A stretch of 64,000 nt of DNA from an uncultured cyanobacterium (lineage in GTDB: Bacteria > Cyanobacteriota > Cyanobacteriia > Cyanobacteriales > CAWUOF01): contig CAVUSO010000001.1 of assembly GCA_963744145.1 (NCBI GenBank), positions 2,784,001 to 2,848,000 of the forward strand. Direction: 5' to 3'. The position numbers and the translations under genes are program-made. Positions 10,611 through 21,500 of this stretch are shown in pieces. Positions within the stretch are counted from its first letter, which is position 1; the number at the start of each line of letters is the position of its first letter. The notes under the pieces were generated by a model. That model was given only the letters and a program-made list of their open reading frames with translations. It did not search any database and had not been told where the DNA came from.

Positions 10611-11097
10611 CTATAATTTAGAAGGTACAATAGCGGGAGATTTACGAGCTGTTTCTAAAGCCCAATTCACACAGTTAACAACATCTTTAAAATCGCAAAC
10701 TTTCACCTTACCTTCAGTAGTTAAATTAGTCTCTAACTGGGTTCTGAGAGTTTCATCCTCAACCATAAACGCGATCGTTACTTGATCTTGAGTAATCCGA
10801 TGGACAAGTGTTTTCACTCTCTCCATATCTTGGGGATTGGGTTGGTTTGGACTGGGTTCGTCATCTTGAATCGCGATCGTTACTGCTACCGGATTAAGAT
10901 TGTTCTGGGCTGCGTTCTTTTTGTAAAGTGTTTTGAATCCGTTCGCTAGAGTAAAATCAGAGAAGTACCGGGAATTTTATTCGCGATCGGGGATGGGACT
11001 GTGCTACGGTTGGGGTAGTAGGATCGACTCATAGTAGTTGCTCTGTTCATGCTATTACCCCTATATCGAAGATACCTGTAGCTGTTATGCAGAATAA

Positions 11098-11187
11098 TTA
11101 ACGCAAACCGGAACAAATAAAAGTAGCCCAGTAATAAGGTTGTACAAAGGGATAGGTTTCTTGACCATTTAAAATTTTTGGGACATC
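11098..11187 (-). pseudogene. Isolated C-terminal tail of a TPR-CHAT gene
   Basis: Reads ...QETYPFVQPYYWATFICSGLR*, matching the end of the CHAT proteins (QEFPFAEPFYWAAFICSGLR*). Confidence 0.8.
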
Positions 11188-11260
11188 CCTACAAGATTTA
11201 GGCAATGCAACATTTATGTTATGTTAGAGTAAATCTACAGCAAGCGCATAAACTTCAAAT

Positions 11261-11524
11261 ATGCTGAAGTACCTGACCATCGATGAAGCCCAAGAACAAC
11301 TGCTAGAACTAGCAGAACAGTTGACCAATCAGTGGGCGATCGTTACCAAAAATGAGCTGCCCGTCTTAGCAGTCATCAGCTACGATTTGCTTCTATCTAT
11401 ATTAGAAACTTTAGACATTCTTTCTGATCCTGAGTTTGCTAATCAGTTGCAGGAGAGCATAGCCCAAGCTGAACGAGGAGAAACAATAAGCTGGGAAGAA
11501 GCTAAAATAAAACTGGGACTATGA
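11261..11524 (+). CDS. Type II antitoxin, Phd/YefM family
   Basis: MLKYLTIDEAQEQL...AIVTKNELPVLAVIS...LETLDILSDP; overlaps the toxin start. Confidence 0.85.
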   Translation: MLKYLTIDEAQEQLLELAEQLTNQWAIVTKNELPVLAVISYDLLLSILETLDILSDPEFANQLQESIAQAERGETISWEEAKIKLGL

Positions 11525-11859
11525 CGACGAACGCACCAAACAATATCGAATACATCATTCAACTGACTCCCATTGCATTAACAATGTTAGCTGATGTAAA
11601 AGACCAGCGCGAATTGAAAGCATTGAGCAACCGTATTGATAAACTTAAGTCTGAACCAGAAAAACAAGGTAAACCTTTAGGAAATAAGCTACAAGGTTAT
11701 CGCAGTGTAAGGGCTGTGGGTCAGCGCTACCGCATTATCTACCGAGTTGAACAAGAAGAAGTAATAGTTTTTGTATTAGGAGTTGGTAGGCGTAAAGAAG
11801 GAGATAGAAATGATATTTATGCAGTAATGGAGCGATTACTAGGAGAAGGAATACAGTAA
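11521..11859 (+). CDS. Type II toxin, RelE/ParE family
   Basis: GKPLGNKLQGYRSVRAVGQRYRIIYRV...VFVLGVGRR. Confidence 0.88.
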   Translation: MTTNAPNNIEYIIQLTPIALTMLADVKDQRELKALSNRIDKLKSEPEKQGKPLGNKLQGYRSVRAVGQRYRIIYRVEQEEVIVFVLGVGRRKEGDRNDIYAVMERLLGEGIQ

Positions 11860-11924
11860 ATATTTGTCAAAATTTTCTTCCACGCGATCGCCAATTTTAT
11901 CAATGAAATAAATAATTGCATAAA

Positions 11925-12164
11925 TCAGGACGATGATCTATTTCTATACAAATCAATAATGCGCTTAATTACTCGCACTACATTATATAATTCATTCTGT
12001 TGTGGGTTAACAATAGTAAATTTTTTTGATATCGCAAATTTTTCTCCACAAATTTTAAACGGTGGGTCGCAAAATCTCAAGAGTTTTAATAGAGGAGAGT
12101 TGGATTTTTGTTGAGCTTCATTGAGGTTAGTAATGGCTTTGGCGATCGCAATAGTTTGAGACAT
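11925..12164 (-). pseudogene. Internally deleted copy of the gene at 28709-29356
   Basis: Same start (MSQTIAI.KAITNLNEAQQK), a middle piece (FCDPPFKI.GEKF) and the same end (AISKKFTIVNPQQNELY...), with two large deletions. Confidence 0.85.
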
Positions 12165-12571
12165 AATTGTTCAGGGTTTTGTTTTTGAATTTTAGCATCA
12201 AGATATCTCAGGTACAGATTCCGCCAAAACATCATTACCGTTATATGGCAAAATTAGACAAATAATTCCTGGAGAGCCAGCAATTCTCATTTTAAAAAAA
12301 ATAGAGTATTAATCCCGATTTGGGAATTGAAAATATAGTACAAAATAACCAGTTTTTCAGGCAGAGGCAATGGCTAAAAAACAATTGGGTCAATATCTAA
12401 GTATAAATACTCAATAGAATCGAGGATGGCCTGACAACGAACGAGGGAAATCCAGTTTGATAGTTCGGTTTTTAGAATAGGGAATTCAAGGAAAATAAAA
12501 ATTTATAATTGTGATCAGATGAGGTATAATCGGTGAGTTAAAAATCTGACAGCACGTTAAATTACTCAAAC

Positions 12572-13923
12572 ATGGCTCAAAAAGCAGCGACCCTAGAAAT
12601 CCCTGAATTAATCGAATTTTTACGTCAACAATTACATGACTTACCTGATGAAAGGAAACCTGGAAATAATACGAAATACCAGGTAGAAGATGCAGTGATG
12701 GCTGCATTTTCAATCTTTTTTACTCAGTCAGCATCTTTTTTAGACCATCAGCGGTTAATGAAAAGCAATAAAGGAAAAGATAACGCAGAAAGTTTATTTT
12801 CAATTAAGAAAATTCCCTGTGATAATCAAATCAGAAATTTGTTAGATCCGGTGCCAGCAGCTACTATATTTATGGCTTTTCAAGAAGTCTATGAATGGTT
12901 AAATAAAAACGGAGTTTTGAAAAAGTTTCTCTACTTAGATGAAGAAATTTTAATGGCTTTAGATGGCACCGAATATTTTTCATCACAGAAAATAAATTGT
13001 CCTCATTGTAACCGTCGTAATCATCGCAATGGAACTACCACCTATTTTCATAGCTGTGTTACACCTATTGTAGTTTCTCCTAATCAAAACCAAGTGATTA
13101 GTTTAGCGCCAGAATTTATTAAAAACCTGGATGGTCATCAAAAACAAGATTGTGAAAATGCGGCGGTTAAAAGATGGTTGAATAAGAATCATCAAAATAA
13201 ATATGGTTATCCTGTAACCCTTTTAGGGGATGACTTATATGCCCACCAACCTATTTGTGAATTAGCTCTAAAACAAGGATATAATTTTATTTTTGTTGGT
13301 CGAGAAACTTCGCATAAAACTTTATATGAATGGCTAGAGTTTTTAGAAAAAAGTGGAGAAGTTACTACCATTAAAAAGCCCCAATGGGATGGGCGAAAAA
13401 ATCTCCTGTATCGTTATCGCTATGCTAATAGAGTTCCCTTAAAAGATGAAGAATCAAGTCTCGAAGTTAATTGGTACGAAGTGACTGTTATTAATGAGGA
13501 AACACAGAAAATTATCTACCAAAATAATTGGATCACTAATCATAAAATCACTGAAAATAATATTGAAGAAATTGTCAAAGCTGGGCGCAGCAGATGGAAA
13601 GTTGAGAATGAAAGTAATAACGTTCTTAAAAATCACGGTTATAATTTAGAGCATAACTTTGGTCATGGTGAAAATCATTTGTGCGAGTTATTATTGTCTT
13701 TGAATTTACTAGCTTTTTTATTTCATACTGTTTTGGATTTAGTTAATTACATCTATCAAAAAGTTCGTGACCTATTAGTACGGGCGTATTGCCATACGCC
13801 CCTACTACTTTCTTTAAGGATATTCGGACCTTATTAAAATATTTATGGTTCAAAAATTGGTCAGATTTATTCTCATTTATTCTCACCGAGAATGTCCCAT
13901 TAAAAAAACTAAATTCTAGTTGA
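12572..13923 (+). pseudogene. DDE transposase, frameshifted near the C-terminus by a REP-like insertion
   Basis: ALDGTEYFSS, LLGDDLY and RWKVENE...LK motifs. The native tail TTFFKDIRTLLKYLWFKNWSDLF...* (stop 13921-13923) is out of frame after the hairpin at 13778-13805. Confidence 0.85.
13778..13805. repeat. Short REP-like palindrome GTACGGGCGTATTGCCATACGCCCCTAC
   Basis: Hairpin GGGCGTAT-TGCC-ATACGCCC; related copies at about 13952, 28630 and 34928. Confidence 0.8.
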
Positions 13924-14206
13924 AAAATATCAATATATTGAAAGAGGAAGGGTAGGGGCGTATTGCAATACGCCCGTACTTTTTTATCAAAAAAAACCTA
14001 AAAAATGGGTGAGAATTTCATCTGGATGTATCAGTTGAAATCGATTTTTCATGGACAAATTTCTGAAAACTTGTCTATCTTCAGCGTCGGATGATAATTA
14101 TCTGTCAAAAAATCATGCTTCGACACAAGTTCTCTATTTAAATAAGAGAATTTTCTCTGATTTTTTTCAAAATGAGAATTGCTGCTGGAGAGCGAGGAGA
14201 TTAGAA

Positions 14207-14617
14207 ATGGATGGCAAATGTCTTTGCGGTGCAATCACCGTCCGAACCCCAGACAAAAAGAGCATTGATGCCTGTCATTGCGGGATGTGTCGGCGATGGG
14301 GAGGCTGGCCCGTATTAGGTGTAGCTTGTGGCTCAGACCTACAGATAGACGGTGTTGAAAAACTAAAAGCGTATCAGTCCTCAGAATGGGCTCAAAGGGG
14401 TTTTTGTAGTGAATGTGGCACGCATATTTTCTACAAGTTGTTGCCTACCAATGAATATTTTGTCCCAGCAGGTTTGTTTCAGGATGGAATTGAGTTTGAG
14501 TTCAAGGAGCAAATCTTTATCGACCGGAAACCTAGTTACTATGAGTTTGCTAATCAAACATTGAATCTGACAGAAGCAGAAGTATTTGCCAAATTTATAC
14601 CAAGTGAAAAACTTTAA
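14207..14617 (+). CDS. GFA (glutathione-dependent formaldehyde-activating/CENP-V) family Zn protein
   Basis: MDGKCLCGAI...CHCGMCRRW...RGFCSECGT. The RBS GAGGAG precedes the ATG at 14207; the track's upstream extension lies inside the IS. Confidence 0.88.
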   Translation: MDGKCLCGAITVRTPDKKSIDACHCGMCRRWGGWPVLGVACGSDLQIDGVEKLKAYQSSEWAQRGFCSECGTHIFYKLLPTNEYFVPAGLFQDGIEFEFKEQIFIDRKPSYYEFANQTLNLTEAEVFAKFIPSEKL

Positions 14618-14654
14618 GGCCCAGGTTAAGTTCGGTCATTAATTTAATAATCCC

Positions 14655-16542
14655 TAAAACACCGATTCAGTAATAAAATACTGAGTATAAATACTTAAGA
14701 GATTTACCAGAAATAGGGCTGACTAAATTTAACTGGAATGTATAATCAAGACAGATTTTAACTGCGCTCGAATCAGGAATTAAGAAATAATGCGTCCCCA
14801 ACTCTGGAATATACCTGTAGATTTGTCACCACAAGAACAGAAAATAGTGTCCCGGATTAAAAGAGCAAAACTATTTATTTTTTTACGAGAAATCCGTCAC
14901 TTACTGTTTGATGAAGCCTTTCAAAAAGAACTAGCGTCTATGTATGCAGAGAGTCCAAAAGGGCATCCACCAGTACCTCCCGCACAACTAGCATTAGCGA
15001 CAATTTTACAAGCCTATACGGGTGGTAGAGATGCAGAAGCAATTGAAGCATCAATAATGGATAAAAGATGGCAATTGGTATTAGATTGCCTAGAATGCGA
15101 ACAAGCACCTTTTTGTCAAGCAACATTAGTAAGATTTAGACAAGCATTAATTATTCATCAACTAGACCGACGCTTAATCGAACGCACAATAGAACTAGCA
15201 AATCAAACGAAACAATTTGGGCATAGACAATTACGTGCAGCACTAGATTCAAGTCCTTTATGGGGAGCAGGAAAAGTAGAAGATACCTACAATTTATTGG
15301 GTCACACTCTAAAAAAAATGCTGAAGCTCATAGCACAACAACAGGGGAAGAGTTTGCGACAGATCGCAATTGATCTGGGACTAGAAATCTGTTTAGGTGC
15401 TTCTATAAAATCAGCCTTAGATTTAGATTGGGATGACCCGTCCCAAAGAAATCTAGCTTTAAAGATGCTCTTAGACAAGTTGGAGCAACTAGAACAGCAA
15501 CTAGAAAATCAACCAGAACTTCAAGAAAATCTGCTCATCAATGCCAATCTGAAAACAGCTGCTATGGTGAAAGAACAAAACGTGGTTCTAGATAGCAATG
15601 AGCAAGTAAAATTAGCTGAACAAGTAGCTCCCAATCGCCGCATTTCTGTAGAAGATGAAGAAATGCGTCATGGTCGCAAGAGTAAAAATCAACGGTTTAA
15701 TGGTTACAAACGTCATGTATTAAGAGATTTAGATTCAGGATTAGTTAGAGTTGTAGGCATTACTAAGCGCAAATGTTCCGGAAGCGTCAGTAACTGATGG
15801 TCATGTCTGCCGATTTAGCATCACAGCAGGTGCAGTTAGTAGAATTATATATTGACCGAGCATATCTGAGTAGTTCTTGGGTGAAAGAGCGGAGTGATGA
15901 ATTAACTATCTATTGTAAATCTTGGCCAGTAAAAAATGGGGGGAAATTTCCGAAAACCGCTTTTATTTTAGATTGGGAAACAGGAACTATTTGCTGTCCA
16001 AACCAAGTAATTATGCCATTTACTGTAGGGCAAAAAGTTCAATTTCCCGCCGCCGAATGTAGTGTTTGTCCTCAACAACAACGTTGCACTAGTAGTCAAA
16101 AAGGACGTAGTATTTCCCTTCATCCTGATGAGCAGTTATTCGCCGAATTACGAGAACGGCAATTGACCTCCTTCGGGCGGACTCAACTGCGAAAAAGAGT
16201 AGCTGTAGAACATAGTTTATCACATATTGGGCGGATTCAAGGAGACCAAGCTCGTTATTTTGGGATGCGGAAAAACTTATTTGATTTGCGACGTAGTGCT
16301 GTAGTTCATAACCTACATATTTTGGCGCGATTAGGAATAGATCACCAGAAGTCAGTTCACCGAGTCCCTCTCAAGTTTAATTAGGTTACATTTGTTTTCT
16401 GTCAGCATCAACTCTACCAATTTGCTTCAGATTTACTCAAAATCCTTTTCTTGGAAGATATTTGTTTTTTTGCGGAAACGCAATTACCGGATTAATATCC
16501 TCAGTATTTCTACTTATAATCTATTACTGAATCGGTGTTCTA
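14655..16542 (+). mobile_element. IS1182-family-like insertion sequence
   Basis: Terminal inverted repeats TAAAACACCGATTCAGTAATA (14655) and TATTACTGAATCGGTGTTCTA (ends 16542); no clear target duplication. Confidence 0.8.
14790..16384 (+). pseudogene. IS1182-like transposase split by frameshifts at about 15765-15800
   Basis: PPVPPAQLALATILQAY, ALDSSPL, GYKRH, YIDRAY and RVAVEH motifs. The linker ANVPEASVTD is in a third frame, consistent with two +1 shifts. Confidence 0.82.
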
Positions 16543-16585
16543 ATGCCTCCGGCACGCTACGCGATCGCCTTTTGGTATGGGATTT

Positions 16586-16780
16586 TTAAAGGAAAGAAAA
16601 TGGTTTTCCAGCAGCAAAGATTTGATCGGTGGTTAGTTCCAGATTTGGGAATGTGAGGGATTGGATGCGATCGCCTATTCTAAATGATTGTCGATGGTAA
16701 AGTTCACCTTGTAATATACATAAGGTCAGAGTAGGTTGTTTTGGGATGCCAATATATTCTCTACCACCAAGTCCGAGATT
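16586..16780 (-). pseudogene. 3' fragment of a Uma2-family endonuclease
   Basis: LGLGGREYIGIPKQPTLTLCILQGELY...GDRIQSLTFPNLELTTDQIF, a typical cyanobacterial Uma2 C-terminus; there is no 5' part. Confidence 0.7.
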
Positions 16781-16908
16781 GACATAATGCTAAAAAGTGC
16801 GATCGCTGCTCTGATCTCACTATTTATATTCTGCATCCTCAATTTTATCAACTGCGATCGCGAAACCCTTTAATGAAATAATCAAGGGAATAAAAATGAT
16901 TAATCTCA

Positions 16909-17352
16909 CTACAAAATCGTCAAATAAGTTTCGGTTGGACTGATGGGTAAGGGTTTTAAAGTTTGATTCTTCAAGTCTATTTCTAACCCCAAAGATTCCA
17001 AAGGAATTACTCCTAAAAGAGCATCTCTCCCTCCTGGTAACTCTAAACACTCAAAGGTTCCTTCCCGTTCAAACATTGATATGGTAGCATCTCGAAAGAT
17101 TCGGGCTTTACCAATACCCATTGCTGTAGCTACGTCCACTTCTTTAAGGAGTTTCAGTCCCAGCTTGGCGATCGCATCTGATGGTAAACACAAGGTTGTT
17201 GCTCCTGTATCTACTAAGATATTTTTGAGTGTGATTGAGCGAATTTGTTCTTGGGAAATTGTCCCATCTTCAGCTCTAATTTGGTCGGCTCGATTAATAA
17301 TTGTCAGCGTGGCAAAAACTTTTCCCATTTCTTGTTTACTTTGAATTGACAT
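16909..17352 (-). CDS. Retropepsin-like (clan AA) aspartic protease
   Basis: LVDTGATTLCLP catalytic motif and ALLGVIPLESLG; RBS AGGAGG upstream. Confidence 0.88.
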   Translation of the reverse strand: MSIQSKQEMGKVFATLTIINRADQIRAEDGTISQEQIRSITLKNILVDTGATTLCLPSDAIAKLGLKLLKEVDVATAMGIGKARIFRDATISMFEREGTFECLELPGGRDALLGVIPLESLGLEIDLKNQTLKPLPISPTETYLTIL

Positions 17353-17479
17353 TGGTTACCTCCTCCTTAAGAGTTGGAGTTTTATCTACTTTTATTATAA
17401 CTTCGCGGTGGTTATAAATATGATCGAGGCGATGAGAAGACAGTTCTTTTCAGGTAGATGAAGTCCAAACAACTACCCC

Positions 17480-17508
17480 TTGACTTTTTTATTTAATTGA
17501 CGTAGTAT
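17480..17508 (+). promoter_or_regulatory. Sigma70-type promoter candidate within a thrice-repeated ~215-bp element
   Basis: TTGACT-N17-TAGTAT. Paralogous copies are TTGACT-N17-TACCAT (28017) and TTGACT-N17-TACTAT (30487). Confidence 0.5.
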
Positions 17509-17703
17509 ATCATCATGGGGATCTGTATCGCCAAATAATATCAGTTTTGGCAGGGCAGATTATACCAATTCCAGTTAAACTTCAAGGAACAAACAAGGAT
17601 AACTATCAATCATTGAAAATGTATGATTGGCGTTCAACATGATCAAGTTACAATTTCAACCACCGAAAGATATAATTTCAGCTAGTTAGCGAGAGACAAT
17701 ATT

Positions 17704-17907
17704 ATGAACATTCGTCAAGAGTTTCTGAATGCGATCGCCGAACTTTCCGATGACAAATTAAAGCTACTATTAGATATAACACTTTCGTGGAAAAGTGAGA
17801 AAAAATTGTCTCCGCAGATACCTGGATCTCAAGCTTATCAAGATTGGCTAAGTGCGGAAAATGACATTTATGACGAACTATTTGCTGATGAACTTACAAA
17901 AAGGTGA
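17704..17907 (+). CDS. Putative antitoxin of the downstream PemK/MazF toxin
   Basis: Small acidic ORF (WLSAENDIYDELF) that overlaps the toxin start. Confidence 0.7.
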   Translation: MNIRQEFLNAIAELSDDKLKLLLDITLSWKSEKKLSPQIPGSQAYQDWLSAENDIYDELFADELTKR

Positions 17908-18253
17908 TCTGGTTTTGGCTCAAGTGCCAATGCCTTCTACTCAATTAACACAATTTAAACGCCGTCCGGCTGTGATTGTTTCAGCAAACTATCTCAACGA
18001 AATTCTTGACGATGTGATGGTTGTACCTTGTACTTCTCAAACTAATCGGACTTTAACTAGAACGCAATATTTAATTACCGGAGATGAAATTGCTGCTTGT
18101 GGAATCAGAGTAGAATCTGTGGTAAGATGCGAGTCAATTTTAACACTAAATAAGCCTATGATTCTTAGGAAACTGGGTCGGCTTTCAGAGTCAGCAATAA
18201 ATCAAATAGATAGTTATTTATTGATTGCTTTAGAATTAGCAAGAATTGATTAA
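17888..18253 (+). CDS. PemK/MazF family toxin
   Basis: MNLQKGDLVLAQVP...FKRRPAVIVS...VMVVPCTS...SVVRCESILTL. Confidence 0.88.
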   Translation: MNLQKGDLVLAQVPMPSTQLTQFKRRPAVIVSANYLNEILDDVMVVPCTSQTNRTLTRTQYLITGDEIAACGIRVESVVRCESILTLNKPMILRKLGRLSESAINQIDSYLLIALELARID

Positions 18254-18436
18254 TATATGAACAAAAATTCCAAGATATTTTAATGTTAATTTTTCTCATT
18301 TCATATTAACGCAAACCAGAACAGACGAGTGAAAGCAAAAACTATGGCGATCGCCACATTAGCAAAATCAAAACCACTCTAAGAACCAGTCCATTAATCG
18401 CGATCGACCACCATCAACATAACATAAATATCGATT

Positions 18437-18507
18437 GTAGGGGCGAAGCATTCCGGCAGATCAATTAAAGGTTAAAACCAGCAAATTATGACCGGAATGC
18501 TTCGCCC
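18437..18507. repeat. REP-like long hairpin (identical copy at 30727-30797)
   Basis: GTAG-GGGCGAAGCATTCCGG ... CCGGAATGCTTCGCCC, downstream of the CHAT gene stop; may also act as a terminator. Confidence 0.8.
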
Positions 18508-18570
18508 TTCTTCTCTGGCTTCCTCATGATTCCCCCTCAATAATTCAGAAATCATTATTTTTGTCAGATA

Positions 18571-21500
18571 TTAACGCAAACCAGAACAGATAAAAGCAGC
18601 CCAATAAAAAGGTTCGGCAAAGGGAAATTCTTGGCGGCATAAAAATTTCAGGTTTTCGGTTATTTTGTAAACCTTTTCGCCGATCTTATTCCACTCTTTA
18701 TATTCTTCATCCCATTGTTGATACTCTGGTGTTCCTTTAACTAATTTTTTGCGATTTTTATCAGCATTCTTGAGCTTTTCTGCTACTTGTTGCCGTTGCT
18801 TTTGTAAATAAGTTTCAAGTTCAGATTTGTACTCAGTATCTAGAGTTGTTCCTGGTAGGGTGCGAAGTTTGATTTGCGCTTGTTGGAGTGCTTCAGGACG
18901 ATTTAAACCTTGTTGGCGATACTGATAATAAAAGATGGAAAATAAGGCAGTAGCTAAATCATTGACTGCCCACAATGTACTAACTACACTCCGCGCACCA
19001 GCACATAAAAAGCCAGTGGCAATAGTTAAAATATCATCTGTTATTGAGGGAATCCCTAAATTTGTCTCGCAACAAGAAAGAAAAACATCAGAAAGATCAG
19101 GTAATTTCCACCCTGGTGTAAGAAGTTGTCCTAATGTAATACTACCATCACCCAGTATTAATTTAGATTCTAAAGGATTATCTAAACGAGATGTAGCATG
19201 ATGGCTCAAATGCAAAACTTGGACTTCCTTGGCAAGTTGGCGAAAGTTATGGATAGTAGCTCTCTTTCTACCTTTTAGGCGCTGATGGTCAGGAATATTA
19301 TAGATTTTTGCAATTTTTTCCCCTTCAAACAATGCACATTGAAGCGTATCATCAGCATCTTCTACAGTACCATAATTAATTTTAGCAAGTGGTGGACGTT
19401 GTTGGCAATATTGCAAAATTTGACAACTAGGAATATAACGCAAGTAGAAGCAATCAGCTAAATATTCAGTTAAGTATTGAGTCGGGAAAGTTAAAGGTAA
19501 AGCGGCAAATGGTATTTGATGCCAAAATAGGTGCGGAATGATAATCAGTTCTTCAATGTCACTGAGATAATTTTTCACTAGGGTTGTTAGCTGTAGTTTT
19601 TCAGCTAATTGCTGCAAAAGCTCAGAGATTTTTTTATACCAAATTCCATCTCTTGCCTTGTTTAAATAAGGAATTAGCCATTGGTCAACGACTAACTCGC
19701 GTAAAGTTTGATAGCCAAATCCTATACAAGTGTGCAGTTGTGGTGATTTGTCTTTGTAGATGATGAAAATGTGGGTGTCTTCGTCAGTAGTGAAGAAATT
19801 AAGAATAGCAGTATGAGGTTGGTCTATAAGTTGCTGAATGGTAGCAAAATCTAACGGTTCTACTTGAATACCTCCAGATAAAACCGGGTCTAAACGACGG
19901 ATTTGTTCCCAGATTTGTTGTTTTTGTGCTTCCAAGCTTTCGATGTTTACGGTAACAGTTTCTATTACAGCGCGAGTGAGAATTAAACTACCTTTATTTG
20001 TTTGCTCATTTCTAGATTCAGAGTCACTTTGGAAACGTTTCCGTTCAGTATCAATTTGTGCTTGTAGCTCATCGTATTGTTGCAAATATTCCTGAATTTG
20101 GAAAGGAATTTCGCCATCTGAGTAGAGATCATTACTTGCTATTAAATCGACCAGACGTTTAGAACGAGATCGCTCTACATATTCTATGGCTTTGTCAAGA
20201 TTGCTGATATTGATGTAGGATTGAATTATCTTTTCGTAAACATCAATTGAGTCGGCTAAAATCTGTTGACGACTAGTATCAGTAGTTGACCAACTGCGGC
20301 TGATTTCGACAGCAATAATAGCCTGTTCGTATCCCTCAATAGCAATATCCCACCAACCTTCTGTGAATGCCAGATTGCCGAGATTTATACCAGATGTCAG
20401 ACAACCTAGAGGTAGAGTCGTGGGAGTGCGAAATTCTAAGGCTAATTGGAAACAACGAATCGCCGCATCGATATTCTCCGCCCGGTTGCCCGTGATTTTG
20501 GACCTGTAGGCAGTTCCCAGATTATTTTGAGTCATCGCCCATTGTTCGGGGAAATCGGCCCAGGTATAGATAGCTAAAGCCAGTTGATAAGCAGCGATCG
20601 CCGCATCAAGATTCTCAGCTCGGTTGCCCGTGATTTTGTCAGAGTAGGCAGTTCCCAGATTATTTTGAATCATGGCCCATTGTTCGGGGAAATCGGCCCG
20701 GGTATAGACAGCTAAAGCCAGTTGAAAAGCAGCGATCGCGGCATCAATATTTTCCCCCCGGTTGCCCGTGATTTTGTCCCTGTAGGCAGTTCCCAGATTA
20801 TTTTGAGTCATGGCCCAGTCTTCGGGAAAATCGGCCCGGGTATAGACAGCTAAAGCCAGTTGATAAGCAGCGATCGCCGCATCAATATTCTCCGCCCGGT
20901 TGCCCGTAATTTTTTCCCTGTAGGCATTTCCCAGATTATTTTGAGTCATGGCCCAGTCTTCGGGAAAATCGGCCCGGGTATAGACAGCTAAAGCCAGTTG
21001 AAAAGCAGCGATCGCCGCATCAATATTCTCCGCCCGGTTGCCCGTAATTTTTTCCCTGTAGGCATTTCCCAGATTATTTTGAGTCATCGCCCATTGTTCG
21101 GGGAAATCGGCCCGGGTATAGACAGCTAAAGCCAGTTGATAAGCAGTGATCGCCACATCAATATTCTCAGCTCGGCTCCCCGTGATTTTGTTAGAGTAGG
21201 CATTTCCCAGATTATTTTGAGTCAGGGCCGATTGTTCGGGGAAATCAGCCCGGGTTCTGACAGCTAAAGCCAGGTGATAAGCAGCGATCGCCGCATCAAT
21301 ATTCTCCGCCCGGTTCCCCGTGATTTTGAACCAGTAGGCAGCTCCCAGATTATTTTGAGTCATGGCCCAGTCTTCGGGAAAATCGGCCCGGGTATAGACA
21401 GCTAAAGCCAGTTGATAAGCAGCGATCGCCGCATCAATATTTTCCGCCCGGTTCCCCGTGATTTTGTCCCTGTAGGCATTTCCCAGATTATTTTGAGTCA

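Larger units (their letters stand above)
12278..14184 (+). mobile_element. Insertion sequence (ISNCY-like, DDE) with terminal inverted repeats and a 9-bp target duplication
   Basis: Left end CAGCAATTCTCATTTT (12278) and right end AAAATGAGAATTGCTG (ends 14184), flanked by the direct repeat CTGGAGAGC at 12269-12277 and 14185-14193. Confidence 0.92.
16789..18970. repeat. Segmental duplication, copy A (copy B is 29796-31260); interrupted by the TA cassette at about 17636-18345
   Basis: 16789-17635 aligns with 29796-30642, and 18345-18970 is near-identical to 30635-31260. Confidence 0.9.

Noticed and set aside
10611..11050. 71-aa ORF with an open upstream frame
   Set aside because: There is no recognisable motif and an in-frame stop lies upstream; it cannot be distinguished from a decayed fragment.
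14051..14206. N-terminal extension of the GFA ORF
   Set aside because: It lies inside the IS right end; the RBS and family start are at 14207.
15760..15800. Programmed frameshift in the IS1182-like transposase
   Set aside because: Two separate +1 shifts are needed and there is no slippery heptamer; mutation or sequencing error is more likely.
16820..17050. Duplicated 76-aa ORF (also 29827-30057) and the antisense 86-87-aa ORFs
   Set aside because: They overlap the aspartic protease in other frames, and their conservation is explained by the DNA duplication.
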